A stretch of 64,000 nucleotides of DNA from Squalus acanthias (Eukaryota): contig CM059432.1 in assembly GCA_030390025.1 (NCBI GenBank), positions 143,408,001-143,472,000 of the forward strand, given 5' to 3'. Below, in pieces: positions 36,692-50,700 of this stretch. Each line of letters begins with the position of its first letter. Position 1 is the first letter of the stretch. Below the pieces are notes generated by a model. It did not search any database and was not told where the DNA came from. It saw only the letters and a program-made list of their open reading frames with translations. The translations under genes and the position numbers were made by a program.

Positions 36692-38332
36692 GTAAACTTT
36701 CGTTGGGGAAGAGGGCTGACCTCGCGTTGAAGGAGACCTTTCAACTGCAACTTGGAACATATGAGCTGGAGAGCAATGTTCCATTTGGCACCGGGGCAAA
36801 AGTGACTGCAGGCTGATTGACCAAAGGATGAGGATTGGAATTGTTCACTGGTTTCACATCATTTTCTGGGCGAGGGGGTTCTGATCGTCTGTACATAAAA
36901 ACACACATTGGGTGCAGCCTAAATGATTGACCTTAAATATATATAAAGGTGAACTTTAATTGGCTGGTGAAGGATGAAAAATCTGATTAAATGTAGAACA
37001 ATGAGGGAATCATACAATAGTACAGCACAGAAGGAGGCCATTTGGCCTATCGAGTCTGTACTGGCTCTTTCGGAGAGCAAGTGAGGGAAACGGGTTCTTT
37101 CTGAAAGAAAAGGAAGGGCCTGGGCCAAAACATTGGCGCTTTATCACTGTGACTTGGGTTTTAAATTCGCCACAGGGATGAACAGCGTCCTTTTTGTCCG
37201 TTGTCTGAAATATGCTTGGGCAGCTTCAACTCCTTCCCTAGTGGGTGTAGGTTCACTTCACATCGCACATCTGCCCACGTTTCAACTCTTAGTTTTTGCA
37301 GTCTCTGTGAAAGGTGTCTTAAGAGCAGTTGGGGAAGGAATGGAGCACGGGACCAGGATACCTAGGATCACCAGGGCGTGTTGCTTCGACGGCTTGCCCT
37401 GTTTCTGAGCTCCAGTGCACGCACTAGTGATCTTGGAGTGGGATTATGTGGTATCCACTGGTTGGATTTTGAAGCCGCCTTCAACTGGTGAGCATCGCAG
37501 GACATTGTTTTATCAACATTGAGGAAGAAATTGCTATATAATATTGCAATGCATTTTTAGTTGCCTGGACTACCTGTGTTGTTTTAGTGGTGCCCTCCTC
37601 CCTGGAGGAGCACTTGGAAATATTTGTCCCAGTGGCAGTGTCAAAGGTCGACCCCAATAAAGTGGAGCGACAGCGGTCAATCAGTTACATAAGCCCACAT
37701 GTTCTGCTCGCCACAGTGACTGGGAAATGGGGTCGATCTGAGTGAACTGAACTGATCAAATACAGCACAGAAGGGAGGCCATTCAGCCAATCATGCCTGT
37801 GTTCGCTCTTTGAAAGAGCGATCCAATTAGGGGCAGCTAGTTTAAAAGTGAGTTACTCTAGAACAGTGGCAAGGCCCAGATATGGAAGGACAATGTTCCA
37901 GCTCTGTGCTGTCCAGTGCCACTCCTGCACATTGTTCTCTGGTGTGTGTGGGCATGGGCTTTAATGGGTGAAGTTTTGGGGACAAGTTTGTTGAACCAAT
38001 TGTAGGAATTTATTGTTCGCATGTGCTATTAAGTTCTGACATTTTGTAACCATTTAATGTATATAATCAATAATACTACAGTTTCTGTAATTTAAAGAAA
38101 ATACAGAAAGGGATAATCTCAGATGATTTTAGAAACTGGAAAAAAAAAAGTAAAAATGTAATGTTGCCCAGTGATGTGAAGCAATTGCCATTAACTCAAC
38201 GTCAAATGTCAAAATTTGAAGTTTTTAACTGAATATTTAGCGAGCTGGTTATAACTTAATTTTGATGTAAATGTTTGGAGGTTGTTTTCTCTCCTGGTTT
38301 TGAAATTGCTTTCCACATCTCTCTCTATATAG

Positions 38333-38407
38333 ATGTGATCAGGGAAAAAGGATTGGAACATGTTACAGTTGACGATTTGGTGGCAGAAATTACTCCAAAA
38401 GGGAGAG
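38333..38407 (+). CDS. ENY2: ENY2 coding exon ([25 protein letters not shown])
   Basis: TAG acceptor, GTATGT donor, 75 nt; matches [25 protein letters not shown]. Confidence 0.96.
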
Positions 38408-38781
38408 GTATGTACATGTGTTAGTTTATGTGGAGTATACAACAGGGAGGCAATGTTCCGCCTCTGCACGCGGCCACACATAAATCGAGAGGTCCCGCGC
38501 AGGCCGCTCGCAAGGTGTTGCCGCCAGAAAATACCGCGCATGCGCAGCTGCGGAGCCAATTTAAAGGGACGCACATGGGGGGGGGAGGGGGAGGAATTAG
38601 AGGGAACATTGCAGGAGGGTGGCAATAAATTTATCATCCTCAATTGAGCCAATCTACAGCACCAATTTTAGGTTTAGTCTGTGGATCTGCTTTGGGATTC
38701 ACTCATTGGAGCAGTTCCTATATGCAAGAAGAGAATTGAAGTGGCAAATCTCCATGGGAGGCAAAAATTAACATTATTTCC

Positions 38782-39343
38782 TAAATAAAAACAGAAAATG
38801 CTGGCAATACTCAGCAGGTAAGGCAGCATTTGTGGAGAGAGAAACAGATTTGACGTTTCAGGTCGATGACCTTTCGTCAGAACTGGAAAAAGTTAGAGAT
38901 GTAACTGGTTTTAAGCAAGTACAGAGTCAGGGAAAGGGGAGGGGAGGAAAGAACAAAAGGGAAAATCTGATAGGGTGGAAGGCAGGAGCGATTGCATGAC
39001 AAAAGGGATGATGGTGCAAGGTGAATGGCGATGGTAATGGGACAAGTAAAGAAACAAAAGATGGGTCTAGAGGTATAAATGGGAATATCAGAATCATAAG
39101 CAACAGCTGCCATCTGGAAAAAATGGGGGCAGTGGTTATGATCTGAAATTGTTGAATTCGATGTTGAGTCTGGAGGGTGTCAAGTGCCTAATAGAAAGAT
39201 GAGGTGCTGTTCCTCGAGCTTACGTTGAGCTTCATTGGAACAGTGTAGGAGGCTAAGGACAGAGAGGTGGGAGGGGAGCGGAGAATTAAAGTAACAGGCG
39301 ACCGGAACCTCGGGGTCACGCTTGCAGACTGAACGGAGGTGTT
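38782..39343 (-). mobile_element. Penelope-like family B fragment (3' part; interrupted by CR1, resumes at 44296)
   Basis: High similarity to 31400-32010; hammerhead motif at 38848-38884 (CTGACGA..GAA-ACGT-C). Confidence 0.85.
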
Positions 39344-42300
39344 ACATAAGAACATAAATAGGAGCAGGAGTAGGCCTTTCGGCCCCTCGAGCCTGCTCCG
39401 CCATTCAATAAGATCATGGCTGATCTTCAACCTCAACTCCACTTTCCTGCACTATCCCCATATCCCTTGATTCCCATAATATCCAAAAATCTATCGATCT
39501 CTGCCTTGAAATATACTCAACGACTGAGCCTCCACCGCCCTCTGGGGTAGAAAATTCCAAAGATTCACCACCCTCTGAGTGAAGAAATTTCTCCTCATCT
39601 CAGTCCTAAATGGCCGACCCCTTATTCTGAGACTGTGATCCCTGGTTCTAGACTCCCCAGCCAGGGGAAACATCCTCCCTGCATCTACCCTGTCAAGCCC
39701 TGTAATAATTTTGCATGTTTCAAATGAGATCACCTCTCATTCTTCTAAATTTCAGAGAATATAGGCCTAGTCTACTCAATCTCTTCTCATAGGGAAATCC
39801 CCCCATCGCAGGAACCAGTCTGGTGAACCTTCATTGCACTCCCCTCTATGGCAAGTTTATCCTTCGTTGGGTAAGGAGACCAAAACGTTATACAATACTC
39901 AAGGTGTGGTCTCACCAGGGCCCTATATAATTGCAGGAAGATGTCTTTACTCTTATACTCCAATCCTTCTGTAATATAGGCCAACATATCCTTTGCTTTC
40001 CTAATTGCTTGCTGTACCTGCATGTTAACTTTCAGTGATTCGTTTACCAGGACACCTAGGTCCCTCTGAACACCAACATGTCCCAATCTCTCTCCATTTA
40101 AAAAATACTCTGCTTTTCTATTTTTCCTACCAAAGTGGATAACTTTACATTTCTCCACATTATATTCCATTTGCCATGTTCTTGCCCACTCACTTAACCT
40201 GTCTATATCCCCTTGCAGCCTCTTTGTATCCTCCTCACAACTTACATTCCCACCTAGCTTTGTATCATCAGCAAACTTGGATATATTACATTTGGTCCCC
40301 TCATCCAAATCATTGATATAGATTGTGAATAGCTGCGGCCCAAATATTGATCCTTGTGGTACCCCGCTAGTTACATCCTGCCAACCCGAAAATAACCCGT
40401 TTCTTCCTACTCTCTGTTTTTGTTCGTTAACCAATCCTCAATCCATGCTAGTATATTACCCCCAATCCCATGAGCCCTAATTTTGTTTAGTAACCTCTTG
40501 TGTGGCACCTTATCGAATGCCTTCTGAAAATCCAAATGTACTACATCCACTGGTTCCCCCTTATCTATCCTGCTAGTTACAACCTCAAAAAACTCTAGCA
40601 GATTTGTCAAACAGGGTTTCCCTTTCATAAATCTGTGTTGACTCTGCCCAATCCTATTATTACTTTCTAAGTGCTCTGTTACCACGTCCTTAATAATAGA
40701 TTCTAGCATTTTCCCTACTACTGATGTCAGGCTAACTGGTCTGTAGTTCCCCGTTTTCTCTCCCTCCTTTCTTAAATAGTGGGGTTACATTTGCTACCTT
40801 CCAATCTATGGAATTTTGGAAGATGACAACCAATGCATCCACTATCTCTATAGCCACCTCTTTTAAAACCCTAAGGTGTAGACCATCAGGTCCAGGGGAT
40901 TTATCGGCTTTCAGTCCCATTAATTTCTCCAGTACTATTTCCTTATTAATACTAATTTCTTTCAGTTCCTCATTCTCACTAGACCCTTGGTTCTCCACTA
41001 TTTCTGAAATGTTTTTTGTGTTTTCTTTCGTGAAGACAACACAAAGTATTTGTTTAATTTCTCTGCCATTTCCTTGTTCCCCATTATAATTTCTCCTGTC
41101 TCAGCCTGTAAGGGACCCACGTTTACTTTCGCTAATCTTTTCCTTTTTACATACATATAGAAGCTTTTACAGTCTGTATTTATGTCTCGATAGTTTACTC
41201 TCATTCTGTTTTCCGTTTCTTTATCGATTTCTTGGTCCTCCTTTGCTGAATTCTAAAATCCTCCCAATCCTCAGGCTTGCTACTCTTTTTGGCAACATTA
41301 TAGGCCTCTTCCTTTAATCTAATACTATCTTTAATTTCTTTTGTTAGCCATGGGTGGACCATTTTTCCCGTGGTGTTTTTATTCCTTAAGGGAATGTATA
41401 TTTGTTGCGAATTATGAATTTTTTTTAATGTTTTCCATTGCTTTTCTACTGTCCTCCCCTTTTAATCTAGTTTCCCAACTTACCTTAGCCATCTCGCCTC
41501 TCATACCTACGTAGTTTGCTTTGTTCAGATTTAGGACCCCAGTTTCGGACTTAACTAAATCACTCTCAAATGCAACATAGAATTTTATCATATTGTGATC
41601 ATTGCTCCCCAGAGGCTCCTTTACTACAAGGTTATTAATTAACCTGTCTCATTGCACAGCACTAGTTCAAATATAGCCAATTCCCTAGTAAGCTCCTCGA
41701 CATTCTGATCTAGAAAACTATCTTCAATGCATTCCATGAACTCTTCCTCTGCACTATTACTGCAAATTTGGTTTGCCCAGTCTATATGAAAGTTAAAGTC
41801 CCCCATGATTACCGTATTACCCCTGTTACATGCATCTCTAATTTTTTTTTGATTTGTTTATGGGATCAGGGCGTCGCTGGCAATGCCAGCATTTATTGCC
41901 CATCCCTAGTTGCCCTCGAGAAGGTGGTGGTGAGCCACCTTCTTGAACCGCTGCAGTCCGTGTGGTGAAGGTACTCTCACAGTGCTGTTAGGGAGGGAGT
42001 TCCAGGATTTTGACCCAGCGACGAAGGATTGGCGATATACTCCTAAGTCAGGATGGTGTGTGACTTGGAGGGGAACTTGGAGGTGGCGGTGTTCCCATGC
42101 GTCTGCTGCCCTTGTCCTTCTAGGTGGAAGAGGTCGCGGGTTTGGGAGGTGCTGCCGAAGAAGCCTTGGTAAGTTGCTGCAGTGCATCTTGTAGATGGTA
42201 CACACTGCAGCCACAGTACACTAGTGGCGGAGGGAGTGAATGTTTAAGGTGGTGGATGGGATGCCAATCAAGCGGGCTGCTTTGTCCTGGAGGGTGTCGA

Positions 42301-44295
42301 GCTTCTTGAGTGTTGTTGGAGCTGCACTCATCCAGGTAAGTGGAGAGTATTCCATCACACTCCTTACTTGTGCCTTGTAGATGGTGGAAAGGCTTTGGGG
42401 AGTCAGGAGGTGAGACACTCGCCGCAGAATACCCAGCCTCTGACCTGCTCTTGTTGCCACAGTATTTATGTGGCTCGTCCAGTTAAGTTTCTGGTTTTAT
42501 TTCCTGATTTATACTCTGCCCGACACTACAACCACTGTTAGGGGGCCTATAAACTACTACTCCTAGTGTTTTCTGCCCCTTGTTGTTTCTTCGCTCCACC
42601 CAAACTGATTCTACATTTTATTTTTCCGAGCCAAGATCCTTTCTCTCTACTGTCTTTATCCCCTCCTTTTATTATCAGGGCTATCTTTCCCCCCCCCCCC
42701 CCCCCCCCGGCTCCTTTTCCATTCTGCCTGTCTCTTCTAAAAGTCATATATCCTGGAATATTTAGTTCCCAACCTTGGTCACTCTGCAAACACGTCTCTG
42801 TAATGGCTATTAAATCAAACCCATTTATTTCTATATGTACTATTAATTCATCTATTTTGTTGCGAATGCTTCATGCATTCAGATATAGTACCTTTTGCTT
42901 TAACTTTTTTCTATTTTTTTCCCTGATAGCACTTTAGTGACTAATGCCCTATTACCTTTATTAATCTTTCTGTACCTTCCTGACCCACTCTGCTTATCTT
43001 TACCCAGATCACTACTCTGCTCTACAGCCTTGACATTTCTCTTACTGCTTTTGAATTTACCCTTTTCTGAATCCTCCCACCCCCCCCTTCATTAGTTTAA
43101 AGCCCTATCTACCACCCTAGTTATGCGATTCGCCAGTTCAAGTAGAGCCCGTCCCAACGGAACAGCTCCCTCTTTCCCCAGTACTGATGCCAGTGTCCCA
43201 TGAATCGAAACCCCTTCCTCCCACACCACTCTGAGCCATGCATTTAACACTGATCTGTTTGTCCCTGTGCCAATTTGCACATGGCACAGTTAACAATCCA
43301 GAGATTATTACCTTTTTGAGGTTCTCCGTTTTTAATTTGGCCCCTAGCTGCTCAAACTCCCTCAGCAGAACCTCATTCCTAGTTCTACCTATGTCGTTGG
43401 TTCCTACGTGGACCCTGACCACTGGATCCTCCCCCTCCCACTCCAAGTTCCTCTCCAGCCGCGATTGAGATATCCTTAACCCTGGCACCGGGCAGGCAAC
43501 ACCTTCGGAACTCCCGGTCGCGGCTGCAAAGAACAGTATCTATCCCCCTTACTATACTGTCCCCTACCACTGCAACATTCCTTTTCACTCCCCCCACTTG
43601 AATGGCCTCCTGCACCATGGTGCCATGGTCAGTTTGCTCATCTACCCTACAGTCCTTGTTCTCATCCACACAGGCAGCAACTACTTCGTACCTGTTGGTC
43701 CAAGACCGGGGCCAAGGCTCCTCCATCACTACATCCTAGATCCCCATATCTTCCTGACTTGCAGTCACACCCTCCTGTCCCTGACCATTGACGAACTCTA
43801 ACGTACTACTTAACCTAAGGGGTGTGACTGCCTCCTGGAACAAAGCGTCCAGGTAACTCTCCCCCGCCCTGATGAATCGCCATGTCTGCATCTCGTACTC
43901 CAGCTCAACAACTCTGAGCCGAAGTCCATCGAGCTGCAGATATGGTTGCTCGGGATCTCGCTGATCTCCACACCTCCCACATGCTGCAGTTACGGCACAC
44001 CACCTGCCCTGCCATGTCTATCTAACCTTCTTTATTTATTTGATGAGTTAATTTTTTTTTAATCAATTATTTTAGTTTAATTACTTAATTGGTTTATCTA
44101 GTTTTAGTTACTAATTTAATAAAGTAAAGTTATAGCAGTTTACAGTTTCTTAGCTAGCTTAGAGACTAAAAAAAACTAATACTCACCAACCTATCACCTG
44201 CCCTGTGATGTTACTCCTTGATTTTTCTGTTTGAAGGCTCTTTATAGCGCCGCTGATCCCGCTCCACTCGCCGCTGTTCCTGTCGCTGGCGAGAG
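39344..44295 (-). mobile_element. Near full-length degenerate CR1 LINE (SGNH/GDSL esterase ORF1 ~43100-43990; endonuclease-RT ORF2) in ENY2 intron
   Basis: ORF1 VVGDSIVRG..LPGARVKDI..VHVGTNDIG; ORF2 KSPGPDGLH, LDFQKAFDKVPH, GVPQGS, KFADDTK; CR1 3' tail at 39344; many frameshifts. Confidence 0.92.
41842..42495 (-). mobile_element. 3' fragment of a second LINE family (CR1/L2 group) nested inside CR1 ORF2
   Basis: ATRAGQRLGILRRVSHLLTPQSLSTIYKAQVRSVMEYSPL..KSWNSLP; same family as 51777-52180 and 56855-58370. Confidence 0.85.
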
Positions 44296-44520
44296 AAGCG
44301 GTCACCCAATCTGCGTTTGGTCTCCCCAATGTAGGAGACCGCATCGTACGCAGCGAATACAGTATACTGAAATTGAAAGATTTAGCTGGAGGAGGATGAA
44401 GATAGGCAGGGTGAGGCCATGAAGGGATTTACAAGTAAATCGCAGTTTCACCTGGAAGGAGCGTTTGGGGACCTGGACAGTGGAAAGAGAGGAGGTCAAA
44501 GGGCAGATGTTGCATCCATT
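44296..44520 (-). mobile_element. Continuation of the family B PLE (Cys-rich linker and GIY-YIG start: CNICPLTSSLSTVQVPKRSFQVKLRFTC..VYCIRCVRCGLL)
   Basis: Resumes where 39343 breaks off relative to the intact copy at 32001-32030; short foreign insert at ~44381-44428. Confidence 0.8.
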
Positions 44521-47440
44521 TCCGATAAAGCTAGAGAAATATTGGGCGGGGTAATACTTTATGCTCGCTACGTTGTCCCTCCGCTTCAAATAAAAATGTC
44601 AATATTTTCTTCAGCTTTGCAAATCCAATTTGAAATGAAGAATGATTGCATCAGTAACAACAGCAACTTGCATTTATGCAGCACCTTTTTTAATGTAGGA
44701 AAACAAGTCCCAAAGTGCTTCGCAGAAGCCTAATCCGACAAAAGTGGATGCTGAGCCAAAGAACAAGATATTAGAAGGGGTGACCCAAAGCTCAAAGGAG
44801 GAGAGAGAGAGGTGAAGAGGCAGAGTAGGTTCGGGCCTATATGTGACTCCAGACCCACAGCATGTAGTTGACTCTTAACTGCCCTCTGAAATGGCCCAGC
44901 AAGCCACTCAGTTGTATAAGGCGGCAGCACCTTACTCGAGGGCAATTAGGTATGGGCAATAAATGCTGGCCTTGCCAGCGACGCCCACATAAATAAAGTA
45001 AACTAGTGTAATCATGCATTATTTTTCTCCAACCATATATCCAAACAACATTTTACATATTGGATATGTAAAAGTTATTTGGTGTGCCATTTTCTGTTCT
45101 GCTGAAACTTGCCTATTCACTTTATTTATCTTTTGAGTATCCTGTGCTCTCGGTCTTGGTCTTCAAGGTAAATGATGTTGCTGTATACTTATCTTGGATG
45201 CCGATGCCCCATCTCCAAGGTGGGTGATGTTGTCCACAGTCTCCCCCCCCCCCCCCCCCCCCCCCCCCCACCCCCTACCCTAGAGCTTTTAAACTTGTGC
45301 CTGTGGTCTGATGCTGACTGCTCAGAATCTACCATTTAGCTTATGCTTAATTTCACTTTTTTTTCTCTCAATATATCCAGCTTTAATATTTCTCTGCATT
45401 GAACTGCACCTGTCGCCTATCTGCCCACGCTGCTAACCTGCCTGTGACCTCCTACAATCTTCCTTAGTTTGCCATGGCCCCATATCTGGTAGAAACCAGC
45501 AAAGTTCAAAATGTTTCCCTTTGTGCCCATGTCCAAACTATTTATGTAAATGAATCAATAGGATCCCAGTAAATCCCTGGGGAATTCCGTAAAACATTCA
45601 TTTATCTGCACTCTGCTTTCTGTCTCAGCCATCCCTTTATCCGTGCAGCTACAAGCCCTTTAATATCATGTGTTTCATGGGCCATAATGTTCCAAGAGCT
45701 GATTTCCAGTTGTGCTGAACATAGTCATGCTGAAAACCATACTGGTGATCAGGGTTAGGTCAGAACTTTTAAGATGACACATAATTTGAGTTAACTGTAA
45801 ACTTTGGAAAGTACTGGTATAATAGTAATAAGGCAGTAGAAAGAAGGGTAAGAGGAACATATTTCTTGGGAATATGGTGAACACAAGCACATTTCCAGCA
45901 GCATGGAACAGTGGAGTAGGATTAGGAGACTGAAGAGATGTCCGAGGTAAGGCAGATGTGGAAGCACACATTTTACGACAGTATAAGGGTTAGTATGGAA
46001 GATGATGAACTTGATCTTGATCATAGTGATTGAACAGAACAGTCGGATAGAGGAAGGTCTTCTGCAGCAATAGTCCAGATTAGAATTCGGGAAGGCAAAC
46101 GATCCGCTTCCTCTTCAGAAAGCCAGCAGCTGAACCATCAGGAAAGGAGTATTCACAGAACTTTTGAGACAGTTTTGGCAAGGGACTTGAACAAAGGACA
46201 ACTGGAGGAGCAGGAAGATAGCAGTTGATGCTGCTTTTCAAATAAAACAAGGTGCATTTACCATCTATAACAGTGGGCCTGCAAAGGTTAGAAGAGATAA
46301 AGTTGCCTTTCAGTGTTACAAGCTGATCACGTCGGATGCAGTTGCGTTTTTAGGCGAGACAGCAAAATGTTAATCACAACTGAACTAAGATTCAGTGCGA
46401 GATCTTGTAGGGGAGAGTGAATTATGAACCAGTCAAAAAGCAAATACTTCACTGTCCCTGAGCACAACTGTGGGGGGTGGTGGGGGAGGAGGAATACTTT
46501 CCCAAGTTCTTTCAATCACTGTTGATCTTCAGTCAGCCAACACTTTTTTTTTATTTGTCTGATTCTTTCTACCCTCGGCCACTTCCTGTTGATTGATTTT
46601 TTATTTTTCCTCCCCTCACCACCACCCCAACGCCTCCTGTTATAATTTCCAAACATTTTGGCAATTTCCAAACATTTTGGCTATTCCCAGAAAGTGTCGG
46701 CAGGGATAGATAGATAGAGAGAGAGCGAGAGAGAGAAATGTGGTATAACTTTGTCCTCAGTAACTGTATTTTGCCTCCAAACATAGGCTAACTCGGCACT
46801 GGACGGGTAAGTGTCACTGCAGTGCGAAAAAAAAATGCCTTCCTGTTTGTCTAACTTTCCAGTTAGGTTTCAACAATTTGTCTGAATTGGGGGGGAAATA
46901 TTTACAAGTGACAGTGTGGGAGCAGAGCATGGTGTTTTTTATTATTGGATCTCCTTTTCCCCAAGTAATACTACACACCTACATATTATCTGGATTAACC
47001 CTGCCTGGCTCACCGGCCTCCAACCCAATCTCAAAGCCAAGCCTCCATTCTGCTCTAGCCTTCTGCTCCGAAGAGATCCCCTGCTCTCGCTGTCCTCCAC
47101 TCTGTGTCCAAGACTGATTGCTCCCAGTTGCCGGGTAGGGAGAAACTGGTCCTACTCCACCCCTGTTGCAACTCTGGCCTTGCAGCCTGCTCCATTTACG
47201 CTCCAGATACTTCAGCCAATCGCTCCACTCAATGAAAAATGTAATCCACTGGGAATCTGAATTGGTGCATTCTTCCTGTGAATGTGTATGTTGTGACAGA
47301 TTTAAATAATGTAGGTATTTAAAATGTATGTACTTTTATAATGCAGACCACTCTAACTTGTTCAGTGCATTATGCTAAATTTGTGATTTTGTTTAAAAGA
47401 TCCCGTTGAATCTCTTGATGTCTGCCTTTCTTTCTTTCAG

Positions 47441-47517
47441 CCCTAGTGCCAGACAGTGTGAAGAAGGAGCTTTTGCAGAGGATAAGGACCTTCCTTTCTC
47501 AGCATGCCAGTCTCTGA
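47441..47517 (+). CDS. ENY2: ENY2 last coding exon ([25 protein letters not shown])
   Basis: TTTCTTTCAG acceptor; TGA at 47515-47517; matches the ENY2 C-terminus. Confidence 0.96.
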
Positions 47518-47758
47518 GTTTGGGATGACCAAATTACATTGCCATTTCTTTGCTGTTTCAGAACATGGATTAAGTCAGTCATCAGAGTGGCTCCAGTGCC
47601 CAGTTGAAGCTGCACATAGTTTTATTTTTGTGACAAACTTTTGTGACAATTTTTTGATACGTTTATTGTCTTATTTTTTACGTTCCTAAACGTGATTCAC
47701 AAGCAGCTTTTATACTCACCCCTTCTGTCTTTTCCTTGGTATGTTAAATCTTTGTTTC

Positions 47759-47764
47759 AATAAA
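47759..47764 (+). terminator. Probable ENY2 polyadenylation signal AATAAA
   Basis: AATAAA ~240 nt after the stop, followed by T/GT-rich sequence. Confidence 0.65.
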
Positions 47765-50700
47765 ATGATTTTGAAATGATTATTGTCTTGATCTACTTTT
47801 TTACTTTGTGAAATGATCCTGGGGTTTTTTTCCCCCAAAAAGAACAGAAGCATAGACTTGTACATGCAGTTATCAGTGTTCCAAGCAGTTGTTGGAGGAT
47901 GGAAATGTTTACAGTTGTCAAGCTGCTACTGTCTGAAAGTGCAGTTTGCATTTCTTTCAGCCTGTGTGGAGCATGCCTTTTTTGTCCATGAGTTTGTTGC
48001 ATCATTCTTGTTTTGGGAACAGCCACTGAGCTGTCAGTTTGGCTCAGCGACGAGCACTCTCGCCTCCTGATCGTCGTGGGTTAAAGCCCCACTCTCGGAC
48101 TTGAGCACATTAATGCAGTGCGGAGTGAGTGCTGTATTGTTGGGTGTTGTTTCTTTTTAGATGAGACCTGTCTGCCCGCTCAAGTGGATGTAAAATTATG
48201 CCATGGCTTCATTTTGAAGAAGAGCAGGGGAGTTCTCCTGGTGTCCTGGACAGTATCCTTCAACTGCCATCAAACAGGTTAACTGGTCATTTATCTCATT
48301 GCTGCCTGTGGGATCTTGCTGTGTGCAAAATTGGCTGCTGCGTTTCCTACATTATAACAGTGATTACACTTCAAAGACTTCATTGGCTGTGAAGTGCATT
48401 GGAACACCCGGAGGTCATGAAAGGTGCTATAGAAATACAAGTTTGTTCTTATTTCTAGATGTTGTTAACCTTTTTAGCATCTGATTGTCATCAGTTGGCA
48501 GAAACTGCATGGAAATCTGGGGCAATTGGCAAACTTGATGCTCTGGGGAAACTTTCCTGTTTAATCATTATTTTTAAATTGTGAAATTTGAGAAAGTTCT
48601 CTTGGGCTTTTCTATAGTTTTTCTTAAATCCCTTTCTAGGTTCAAGAGTCTTGCTGTCAGAAATACATGAACCATTCCTTCATGGGCCCGCTTGCTGTGC
48701 CACAAGATATTGCATTAGTTTTTGTTGCTGTGTTAATGGATGGTATTTGAAGCCTGCTGGGCCCTGAGGATATCTCTCTGCTGATGGTTTGAAAAAATAA
48801 TTCCACATGCCTTAAATAATACACTAGTCCTGTATCCTAGAGGGCTTTGCCTGGAAAAGTGTGGACACCTCATTTTTATATATGAATAATAAATAGCCAC
48901 AAAACTGGTAGAGCCTCTGTCGATAGTGTTTGTCTTGAATTCTGTACACAGCTGGAATACTGATCAGAACTGTAGTGTACATTTTTTTTTCTTCAAAGCA
49001 GTTTTGGTGAAATAACCTTGATCTGTGGAACTGTACAAGAGTAAAGGAGTAATGATAAATCTGTACAAAACATTGGTTAGGCCACAGTTGAGTACTGTGA
49101 ATTTTAGACAACCCATTGTGGAAAGGACATTTAAAGCCATGGAGAGTACAATGTAGATTCATTAAGATAGTGATGGGAAGCTATAGTTGTGAGAAACTTG
49201 AGATATTGACCATCAAGGGGTGGTCATATGACATAGTGTGACACTTGTGTAGTTTATAATTTAAATGTGGTGACATTAAAATTTGCAAAGTTTTTTAAAA
49301 AAGTGTGTATGTGTGTACATATATATCTCTATCTCTATCTCCCAGGATAAATTATCGAATCAGGCACCTGATTCAAGGCACTCCTGATTCTCTGGCCATC
49401 AATGACTGGAAAATTGGGATCAAATGAACTACAGTGACCTCAATAGCGATTCTGTGATCTGCATTGTTTAGTGAGCGAGGCACTGTTGGGAGTGGCGTCT
49501 CAATTTCAGGGCTAGAAAATAGACTTGGGAGTTTTGCGAGATAATTTTATTTAGCTCTGAGTTCATTTATTTCTTTGCTAGTACCTATCATAGCAGCTGT
49601 GGACAGACAGCATGCGAAGGCACTGAAGCAGTCAGGCTGATACAGGGACTGAAGGATGAACAATTCTAATGTAAACTTGGTGAGTAATCAAGAGTTGATT
49701 TTCAGGAAAACAGTCAACTTATAAAGCACATTGTTGAAAAGTTATTTTACACTATTAAAAACTGACAAAAGCAGAAATCCCACAAGGCATAACTAGCACA
49801 CATTTTGACTTACCTACTGATAGTCTTCCCCACACCCCATCAGCTCTTTGTGGATGTATTTTAGTTTTTTGAAGTACCAGTAGTCCCCCTTGTGGTCATT
49901 GTTTTCTGCTTCAAAACAAAAAATGTAGAAAGTAAAAAATAATTAACTGAGACAGGAGGTTGAAAAAATTGTTTCTTTTGGGGTGGGGGAGGGTCCAGGC
50001 ACCTCTAGACGGCAGGCAGCTGGGCGAACGAGATGCGTCTGTAGTGGCGTGGGTACCACTGGCCCCGTGTAAATGAGGTGCCCTCCCACTGACTCATCAT
50101 ACTGTGGGTGGGTTTACACGAGTGGGTACTGGCAGACATATCCTAGCGTAACTGCCAGGTTCATGGTCCCTGGATTTTTCAAGCCCATTATATATCTTTT
50201 TAAGCCATGGGATTTCTACAGCCACTTAGTTGATTTCCTTCCTTCCTATTGTTGAATTCTTTCTTCTATTTTATTTTTTCAATACATTCTCTGAATTTGT
50301 CGTTGCTGACAAGGCCGGCTTTTATTGTCCACCCTAGTTGCCCTGAGAAGGTGGTGGTGGGCCTTCTTGAAATATTCTTTGTAGTGATTTGCTACATCTG
50401 AGAGTCTTGCTGGGCCACTTCAAAGGGCAGTTAAGAGTCAACCATGTTGGTGTGGAAGTGGAGTCACATATAGGTCCAGACCAGGTAAGGACGGCAGGTG
50501 TCCTTCATCCAACAGCTTCATGGTCACTTTAACTGGTACCAGTTTTTATTTCCAGACTTTTTCATAGAATCATACAGCACAGAAGAAGGCCATTCAGCCC
50601 ATCGTGCCTATGCTGGCTCTGTGAAAGAACTATCGAATTAGTTCCACTCCCCTGTTCTTTCCCCATAACCCTGCTAATGTTTCCTTTTCAAATATTTATC

